Shown here: positions 30,044 to 38,638 of the stretch, piece after piece
How positions within the stretch are numbered: the stretch's first letter is position 1
Layout: every line of letters begins with the position of its first letter
Origin: an uncultured Verrucomicrobiae bacterium
Lineage (GTDB): Bacteria > Verrucomicrobiota > Verrucomicrobiia > Chthoniobacterales > Chthoniobacteraceae
DNA length: 64,000 bases
Assembly: GCA_963769025.1 (NCBI GenBank)
Contig: CAVYKI010000004.1
Span: 76,984-140,983 of the forward strand
Reading direction: 5' to 3'
Notes under the pieces: model-generated
The model's input: only the letters and a program-made list of their open reading frames with translations
Told to the model about the DNA's origin: nothing
Databases searched by the model: none
Translations under genes and position numbers: made by a program

Positions 30044-30236
30044 AGGGCTGGATGCTTCATCCATACTCCCGATATTCTCAAGTATTATCTTGCTAGCGTC
30101 AGATTGCGGCACGTCTGGTGGCTTGGTGTGCGCGGACGGCGGAGCGGGCTTCCTGCCCGCGGGACAAGTGCCTTCCCGGATGTGGATCACGATTCCTTTG
30201 CAAAAACCTCCGCCAGCGCTATCGTCCCCAGCCTCT

Positions 30237-30809
30237 ATGGAAAAACGAAACTTCAGCAGCCTGATTCTTGCCCTCGTTGCAATCGGCGTGCTCGCTGGGT
30301 GCGCAACAAAACCGCCGCCGCCGCCGCCCACGCCAACCCCTGCCAAACCCGCTCCGCCCTATACCTGGAATGACACCGGCGCCACCGGCGACCCGAGGAT
30401 CGTGGTGAACGTCTCGAGGCAGCGAGCTTACTTCTTCCGCGGGAACGAATGTGTTGGCGACACGCGGTGCAGCACGGGCAAGAAGGGTTTTGCAACGAAG
30501 CTCGGTGCTTATGCCGTGACGCAAAAGAACAAGGACCATGTCTCAAATCTATACGGCAACTTTGTCAACGAAGCGGGAGAGGTCATCCAGCGCGACGTGG
30601 ACATGAGCAAGATGCAGGTTCCGGAAGGCTGTTCGTTCCAAGGTGCGAAGATGCCATACTTCATGCGCTTCACAGGCGGATACGGGCTGCATGCCGGAAA
30701 AGTGCCGAACTACCCTGCGTCGCACGGTTGCGTGCGGCTCCCGCGGGTGATGGCGGAGCGCTTCTTCGTGAATAGCAGGATCGGCACGCCAGTCCTGGTT
30801 GAAGAATAG
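30237..30809 (+). CDS. L,D-transpeptidase (YkuD family) lipoprotein
   Basis: Lipobox LAGC; GLHAG..PASHGCVRL. Confidence 0.92.
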   Translation: MEKRNFSSLILALVAIGVLAGCATKPPPPPPTPTPAKPAPPYTWNDTGATGDPRIVVNVSRQRAYFFRGNECVGDTRCSTGKKGFATKLGAYAVTQKNKDHVSNLYGNFVNEAGEVIQRDVDMSKMQVPEGCSFQGAKMPYFMRFTGGYGLHAGKVPNYPASHGCVRLPRVMAERFFVNSRIGTPVLVEE

Positions 30810-30811
30810 GC

Positions 30812-31208
30812 GGCGCTGGGGGCGGAGTGCCACGTCCTCGCGCCGTGCCGGCTTGGACGGACGCCGCGAGCGGGTGAAGGCCGACGGGCGCGATGCGGCG
30901 GGGCTGTGCCAGCGGCTGTCGCGCTTTGTGAACGGCAACCGCAGGGAACTGGCTGTCATCAGCGTGGAACGTGGCGCGAATCCGCAGCCTGACCGGCACT
31001 CGGTCCGCACGAAGTGCGACGCCATATTCGAGCGGAGCGAGAAAGACTGGCCGCAGGCCAGCCCGGAGGGTGACGCCGGGAGGCGTCATCAAATTGGACC
31101 GCGCCCCGTTCCGCTTCACCCGCCGCATCCGTCATACGGTGCTGTCCGCCCTGCGGCCAGGCTCAACTCAGTTCACCAAACTTCCATCTTCACCACTTTC
31201 ATAGGGGG
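30812..31208 (+). mobile_element. IS110-family remnant (transposase fragment plus probable right-end non-coding region)
   Basis: Translates ALGAECHVLAP then, after a frame change, RRERVKADGRDAAGLCQRLSRFVNGNRRELAVI (KxDxxDA of the DEDD domain); followed by hairpin-rich non-coding DNA. Confidence 0.6.
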
Positions 31209-31220
31209 TGGGCGTTGCGG

Positions 31221-31748
31221 TCATTCGGGATTAAGTGCTGCGATAGCTGCCTCATGCAGCCACGCGCGCTGATAATGCTCGGCGTAGTAAGCGGAAATAT
31301 TGTCGTCGCCGCGATTGAGGTTGCGTCGCTGCGCCTCCTCGATGTCGCAGGTGATGCCCTGCATCTCGACGCCGTTGCCGATAGCGCGCATGGCGTCGAT
31401 GAGTGCCTTGGTGGGCTCGAAGTCAGAGCCGATAAGCTCGGTGACGATGTGCCGTCGCTCGTCGATGGCCTGGCTCGCGATGATCGGTCCGATAACGTCG
31501 AGAAACTCTGCGAAAGGGCCGGGAAAGTCGAAATACTCGCCACGGCTGAGACTGAGAAACACCTCGGCGGCGTCCACGAGAACATAGCCGGACGAAAAGC
31601 GTTGCTTGCGGACGGTGGTCTTGCCGGCGGCGGGGCCGCCCATGAGGATGACAATGCGCGGCTGAGTGCCGTTCGAGAGTGATGAGTCGTCGAAGTAACG
31701 GTCAATCTCGGCACTGATGTCGAACTGGAAGACGCGTTCTTCTGGCAT
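31221..31748 (-). CDS. Zeta-toxin-like P-loop kinase (gene cassette 2)
   Basis: ILMGGPAAGKTT, VLVDAAE, CDIEEAQRRNLNRG; starts just after the R' box GTTAGCC. Confidence 0.7.
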   Translation of the reverse strand: MPEERVFQFDISAEIDRYFDDSSLSNGTQPRIVILMGGPAAGKTTVRKQRFSSGYVLVDAAEVFLSLSRGEYFDFPGPFAEFLDVIGPIIASQAIDERRHIVTELIGSDFEPTKALIDAMRAIGNGVEMQGITCDIEEAQRRNLNRGDDNISAYYAEHYQRAWLHEAAIAALNPE

Positions 31749-31771
31749 GGCTTTCAGGATGCGCGAGCAAC

Positions 31772-31813
31772 GGCTAACGCACCCAAGCTCAGCGACCACG
31801 GAGCGGTTCGCTG
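31772..31813 (-). other. Integron attC site, 3' half (L' and R')
   Basis: Minus strand CAGCGAACCGCTCCGTGGTCGCTGAGCTTGGGTGC-GTTAGCC. Confidence 0.85.
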
Positions 31814-31882
31814 AGTCGCCGTTAATCGTGGGGTGAACATTGCTGCGGAGCGTATCGCTTCGCAGTGCGAAGATCAAATCCC

Positions 31883-33057
31883 ATGAAGACGAAACTCCAA
31901 CCCAAACCACCAACCAAGAACCCGAAGTATTCCGTCTATGCCGCCCTCGATTTGCACAGCGCCCGCAGCGTGCTCGGCGGCATGGACCATGACGGGAACG
32001 AACTCGGCCAGTCCCGGTTCCCGACCGATGCCGAACATCTCACGCAGGCCGTGCGCTCCCTGGGCGGCACCGGCGTGTGCCTGACCATGGAGGCCAGCTC
32101 GCTGACCCGCTGGGCCGCGGGGCTGGTGCGGCCACTCGTCGAGCGGCTCGTCATCTGCGAGCCGCGGCGCAACCGGCTCATCGCCGAGGACCCGAACAAG
32201 AATGACGGGCAGGACGTCACCAACCTGTGCTTGCTTCTGCGCATCAACCGGCTCAAGGAAGTCTGGATGGGCGACGACCGCCAGCGCCAGATCCACCGCG
32301 AACTGGTCTATGAACTCCTGAACTGGCGCGACGCCCAGCGCGAACTCAAGGCGCTGCATCAAAGCCCGCTACCGGCAGTGGGGCGTGCTGCGCGTGGAGG
32401 GCACCGGCGTCTTTTCGCGCACGCAACGCGAGCGTTATCTCAGCCAGCTCCCCGGCGAGGAGGAAAGGAGGATGCTGCTGCGCGTCTATGCCCAGCACGA
32501 CCACGCCATCGACCAATGGAAGAACACCCTGCGCGAAGTGCTGCCGCGTGGGCCGCCAGTTCTGGGAGGTGGGCGAGTTCAAAAAGATCCCCGGCATCGG
32601 CATCATCGGCGCCCACGTCTTCAGCGCCATCATCGAGGACCCGGCCCGCTTTGCCACCCGGCAGAAGCTCATGAAGTATGCGCGGCTGGCGATCACCGGT
32701 CGCAGCAGCGACGGCAAGCCGCTGGGCTACGAACGGCTCGAACGGCGCGGCCACCGCGAACTCAAGACGCTGAGCTATCACGCCTGGCGCACCGCCTGCC
32801 GCAGCACCACGCGCGACAACGCCGTGCAGCGCTTCTACCGCGCCAGCCTCGAGCGCACCCACGACGTGCGCCACGCCCGGCTCAACACCCAGCGCAAGAT
32901 CCTCGCCGCCATGTGGCGCATGTGGCTCAAACGCGAGGCATGGAAGCCCGAACTCTTTTTCACAGCCACCGACCCGGACGCGACCGCGACCGGGCGAAGC
33001 CAGCCTGAGAACGCCGGCCCGCGTAAAGAGGCACCGCCTCACGCGGCTCAGGGTTGA
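31883..33057 (+). CDS. IS110-family transposase/recombinase (two frameshifts, near 32350 and 32545)
   Basis: DEDD domain ALDLH..MEASS..KNDGQD; Tnp20 domain IPGIG..F..LAITGRSSDGK..GHRELK. Confidence 0.9.
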
Positions 33058-33340
33058 CGACCCCGGCGTCCGCAGCGCAGCGGACTGGGAAAACGCCGGC
33101 CGCACACACCCGGCCATGCGCTTGGGCGGTCTCGATTCAAGGGGGGAACTGCCCCCGCGGGCCCAGCCCCGATTCGCATGAATGGTGCGGCCGGCGACAT
33201 TTCCGCCAGTTCCCCAAGGATGACCCTGGGCGGCCAAGTCAGCAAGTCAGCAAGCTAATAAGCTGACGAGTTAGCAAGTGAGCACAAAGGCCAGCTTCCA
33301 AAGCCTGCATGGAACCCCGACACGTCATCGCAGTCCGCCG
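33058..33340 (+). ncRNA. Candidate bridge/seekRNA in IS right end
   Basis: 12-bp perfect stem 33094-33105/33185-33196; second domain closed by GATGAC/GTCATC; short matches to the donor end and to the attC target. Confidence 0.6.
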
Positions 33341-33493
33341 TCCCGCCGCAGACGCCCGTCCCGCCAGCACCCCAAAGGCACTCCGCCCATCACATCGCCC
33401 GGACTCCGGACGACAAACCCCGATAGTCATCAAAGAAAAATGACGCCACTAACGGGGCGCGTCCCCCCATGCTTTTATGACTTGATTAAAAGC

Positions 33494-33512
33494 CTGCAGC
33501 GCATGGTTCGGC
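33494..33512 (-). other. Integron attC site, 5' half (R'' and L'')
   Basis: Minus strand GCCGAAC-CATGC-GCTGCAG, just downstream of the cassette 1 stop. Confidence 0.85.
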
Positions 33513-33546
33513 GTTGCGGTCACTTGGGATTTTTGCGTCGCGTCGC

Positions 33547-33873
33547 TCACGGAACAATGCGCAATCTCGCGATTTTGCCGTCTCGAAGTGTGAAGGTGTA
33601 GTGAAGCGGAATCGGACTTCCGGGAAAATTGCCGCTGACGGTGGCGGTAACGACCGTATCGTTACCCGCATGTGACAGGTCGGTTACTTTGGCAATTGGT
33701 TTGGCTTCCGCAGTGGCGCGTTCAATCCATTCTTTGATGGCGGTGCCGCGATGATCCTTTGATTCATCGGTGACGTGGGCATCGGCGGTGAACAGCGAGA
33801 GGAAATCTGCAAACTCTCGTGTGTTGGTGGCGTGGAAGAAGGCAGCGATAACCGGTGGGAGTAATACGTTCAT
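33547..33873 (-). CDS. SnoaL-like/NTF2-family protein (gene cassette 1)
   Basis: LPPVIAAFF..FTADAHVTDE..VSGNFPGSPIPLHYTFTLRDGKIARL; bounded by GTTAGGC and attC. Confidence 0.88.
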   Translation of the reverse strand: MNVLLPPVIAAFFHATNTREFADFLSLFTADAHVTDESKDHRGTAIKEWIERATAEAKPIAKVTDLSHAGNDTVVTATVSGNFPGSPIPLHYTFTLRDGKIARLRIVP

Positions 33874-33938
33874 GGCTTTCTTGTGGATGTTAGTGTCGAG
33901 CGAATTCTTGTTCGTTCTGTGGTGGAAGCGCGAGCATC

Positions 33939-33975
33939 GCCTAACATTTTGATTGAGCCGCAGGGGTGCGGCATA
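33939..33975 (-). other. attI-like integron recombination site
   Basis: Minus strand ..GCGGCTCAATCAAAAT-GTTAGGC: GTTRRRY core after an A-rich tract with no attC-type hairpin partner. Confidence 0.55.
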
Positions 33976-34313
33976 TCCACGCGATCTAAATGCGGCATTT
34001 GCGGAGTGGAGCGGGGGCGGTTTACTCGGGCAAGCGGAAGTTTTTCCGGCTGCTGGAGGCCGTCGGCGCGGGGTGGAAGGGTCGTCGCGCTCGGCTCGTT
34101 CGGTGTGCTTGTTTCGATCGTGCAGGTTAATCCGGCCCGCACGCCCGACACCGTCCGCGAAACTGACGCGGGCTCATTGGTCGGGTTTCCGGGAGCGTGT
34201 TTGGATTGGGGTTTGCGTGATTTTCGGAACGTCTGATTCCACCGGCTCCCGGCCGGCGCATGGGCGCGCTTTTTTTACTCGCACCGGGAGGGCGAAGCGT
34301 TTCGAGTCGGAGC

Positions 34314-36320
<2,007 letters not shown>

Positions 36321-36395
36321 GTCCTTTGTGCAAAGGTGGTGCATCGGTACCACCGCTTGAGCATTTGGGAGTTCTGGACCATCGTTCGCGCCAAC

Positions 36396-37406
36396 ATGAA
36401 ACGTCTCGCGCTGTACCTCCTCCTCGCAGTGGCCCTCCTCGGTGTCTCCCAAGCCGTCATCAAGCGCGACTCGATGGACGTGCTGCGCGAAAGCCAGGAG
36501 GCATTTGAAAAGCGCGACTTTGACCGCGCGGCGAAGCTCCTCACGGAGGCGATCGAGGCGAATCCCAAGCTGGTGCCCGCCTACGTGCTGCGCGGTCTCG
36601 CGAATGCCTCGCGCAACAGGTTCGACGACGCGATCGCCGACTACTCGAAGGCCATCGAACTCGCGCCCGAGGACGAGCGCCCGCGGCTGCTGCGCGCGGC
36701 GATCCACCAGATCCGCAAGGAATACGACAAGGCGATCGCGGACCTCGATTTCGCGCTGAAGAAGGAGCCTGGAAACTCGGAGCTGCTCGCGACGCGCGGA
36801 ATCTGCCGCGCGCAAAAGGACGACGACGAGGGCGCGCTGAAGGACTTCGATGCCGCGGTGAAGGCGGACCCGAAGAACGTCCATGGCTGGCAGCTCCGCG
36901 GCTCGGCCTACTCGGAGAAGGGCGAAAAGGACAAGGCGCTCAGCGATTTCAAGGAGGCCATCACGCTCGACCCGAACAACGCCGCGACCTATCTCTACCG
37001 CGCCCACCTTTACCTCGTGGAATCCGAGCCGGAATCGGCGCTCTCGGACCTCGAGGAAGTGATGCGCCGCGCGCCAGATTTCCCCGGCGCGGCCAATGAC
37101 TACGCGTGGACGCTTGCGACAAACCCGAAGGACTCCGTGCGCAACGGACACAAGGCCGTGGAGTTCGCGAAGAAGGCCTGCCACGAGACGGACTACAAAC
37201 ACGCGCCCACCGTGGACACGCTGGCCGCGGCCTACGCCGAGGCGGGCGATTGGGAGCAGGCGGTGAAGTGGCAGCAGGAAGCCATCACGCTCGCTGAGAA
37301 AACGCACCCGGACGACGTGAAGGGCATGAAGGAGCGGCTCGCGCTCTTTAAGGAAAAGAAGCCCTTCCGCGAAGTGCCCGTGCGCGACAGAAAGCCGAAG
37401 CCGTAG
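36396..37406 (+). CDS. Exported tetratricopeptide-repeat protein
   Basis: Signal peptide, ~6 TPRs, AWTLAT..DTLAAAYAEAG. Confidence 0.92.
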   Translation: MKRLALYLLLAVALLGVSQAVIKRDSMDVLRESQEAFEKRDFDRAAKLLTEAIEANPKLVPAYVLRGLANASRNRFDDAIADYSKAIELAPEDERPRLLRAAIHQIRKEYDKAIADLDFALKKEPGNSELLATRGICRAQKDDDEGALKDFDAAVKADPKNVHGWQLRGSAYSEKGEKDKALSDFKEAITLDPNNAATYLYRAHLYLVESEPESALSDLEEVMRRAPDFPGAANDYAWTLATNPKDSVRNGHKAVEFAKKACHETDYKHAPTVDTLAAAYAEAGDWEQAVKWQQEAITLAEKTHPDDVKGMKERLALFKEKKPFREVPVRDRKPKP

Positions 37407-37426
37407 GCGGCTGGCTCGCCTTTGTT

Positions 37427-37571
37427 AAACGCAGAGACGCAGAGACGCGGAGGGAAATGCAGTCGGGATCAGAGCCGCGTTGATGAGGGGCCGCAGTGTG
37501 GCTTCCGCGGTGCGACGTCGTGCATTTTCAAAAGCTGTCTCTTACCTCTGCGTCTCCGCGTCTCTGCGTTT
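37427..37571. repeat. REP-like inverted doublet (family B, ACGCAGAG units)
   Basis: AAACGCAGAGACGCAGAGACGCGGAGG ... CCTCTGCGTCTCCGCGTCTCTGCGTTT between convergent genes. Confidence 0.8.
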
Positions 37572-37615
37572 TCCCATGTCCATTCTTTGCGCAAGTCGGG
37601 CTGGGCAGCCCGAAG

Positions 37616-38614
37616 TCACGCCTCCACCGGCACGAGCTTTGCGACTTCCTCCACAAGGCCCGGGACGCTGAGGTTCTCCGCGAGGCCGTCGTAGTTCAGC
37701 AGGACGCGGTGCGCGAGGACTTCGGGTGCGAAATGGCGGATGTCCTCGAACGCGACATGCGCCCGACCTTCCGCGAGCGCACGCACGCGCGCGGCGCGGA
37801 TGAGCGCCTGCACGGCGCGCGGCGATGCGCCCCATTTCACGAATTTCCTCACCGTGTCGCCGCTCTCGGTCGCCTCGGGATGCGTCGCGAGGACGAGGCG
37901 CACGGCGTAGTCGCGCAACGGATCGGCGACGACGACTTTTTCGAGCACGGTGCGGAGTTCCATGATGCGGTCGCCACTCATGATGCGCGGAACGTCCGCG
38001 TTGCCGCCGAGCGTGGTGCGGCGGACCATTTCATTCAGCTCGGCGCGGTTGAGGAAAGGGACGTTGAGCTTGAACATGAAGCGGTCGAGCTGCGCCTCGG
38101 GGAGCGGATATGTGCCTTCCTGTTCGAGCGGATTCTGTGTCGCGAGCACGAAGAACGGCGGGCGCAGCACGTGCGTCTGCCCGCTGGCGGTGACGCTTCC
38201 TTCCTGCATCGTCTCGAGCAGCGCGGATTGCGTCTTTGGCGTCGCGCGGTTGATCTCATCCGCGAGCAGGAGCTGCGTGAAAATCGGCCCGCGTCGGAAC
38301 TCGAACTGGTAGCGCCCGTCCGGTCCCGCGCTCATGACCGTGGTACCGATGATGTCCGCCGGCATGAGATCGGGGGTGAACTGGATGCGGCGGAAATCGA
38401 GGTCGAGAGCGCGTGCGAGCGTCTTCACCAGCTCCGTCTTGCCGAGCCCCGGCACGCCTTCGAGCAGCACGTTGCCGCCAGCGACGATCGCGGTGAGCAC
38501 GCCGTCCACGACGCGCTGCTGCCCGACGATGACGCGCCCGACGCTGTCGCGCAGCCGCTGGAAGTCATCGCGGAATCGTTGTGCTTCGGCCTGGAGTTGT
38601 GCGGTGTCGGACAT
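37616..38614 (-). CDS. MoxR-family AAA+ ATPase
   Basis: LEGVPGLGKT, RIQFTPDLMPADI, LADEINRA, ATQNPLEQEGTYPLPEAQLDRF. Confidence 0.96.
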   Translation of the reverse strand: MSDTAQLQAEAQRFRDDFQRLRDSVGRVIVGQQRVVDGVLTAIVAGGNVLLEGVPGLGKTELVKTLARALDLDFRRIQFTPDLMPADIIGTTVMSAGPDGRYQFEFRRGPIFTQLLLADEINRATPKTQSALLETMQEGSVTASGQTHVLRPPFFVLATQNPLEQEGTYPLPEAQLDRFMFKLNVPFLNRAELNEMVRRTTLGGNADVPRIMSGDRIMELRTVLEKVVVADPLRDYAVRLVLATHPEATESGDTVRKFVKWGASPRAVQALIRAARVRALAEGRAHVAFEDIRHFAPEVLAHRVLLNYDGLAENLSVPGLVEEVAKLVPVEA

Positions 38615-38638
38615 GGGTGTGGGTCGGTTGATTGTGGA

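Larger units (their letters stand above)
31814..33496 (+). mobile_element. IS110-family, IS1111-group insertion sequence inserted in attC
   Basis: CTG core at both junctions (31811-31813 and 33494-33496); imperfect subterminal IRs 7 nt and 3 nt from the ends; short left end, long right non-coding region; removing it restores a 58-nt attC. Confidence 0.88.

Noticed and set aside
22687..31200. tRNA-Ser-anchored genomic island
   Set aside because: The accessory genes lie on the tRNA 5' side; no integrase and no duplicated tRNA 3' end noticed
33192..33198. CGGCGAC as donor bottom-strand guide
   Set aside because: Matches the left end, but most of it lies inside the 12-bp closing stem, so it is probably structural or chance
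33235..33282. Possible CRISPR array
   Set aside because: Contiguous 8-bp units with no spacers and no cas genes; no repeat-spacer array seen anywhere in the window
33976..34313. Integron integrase next to the attI-like site
   Set aside because: Only ~340 nt and no tyrosine-recombinase motifs in the translated frames
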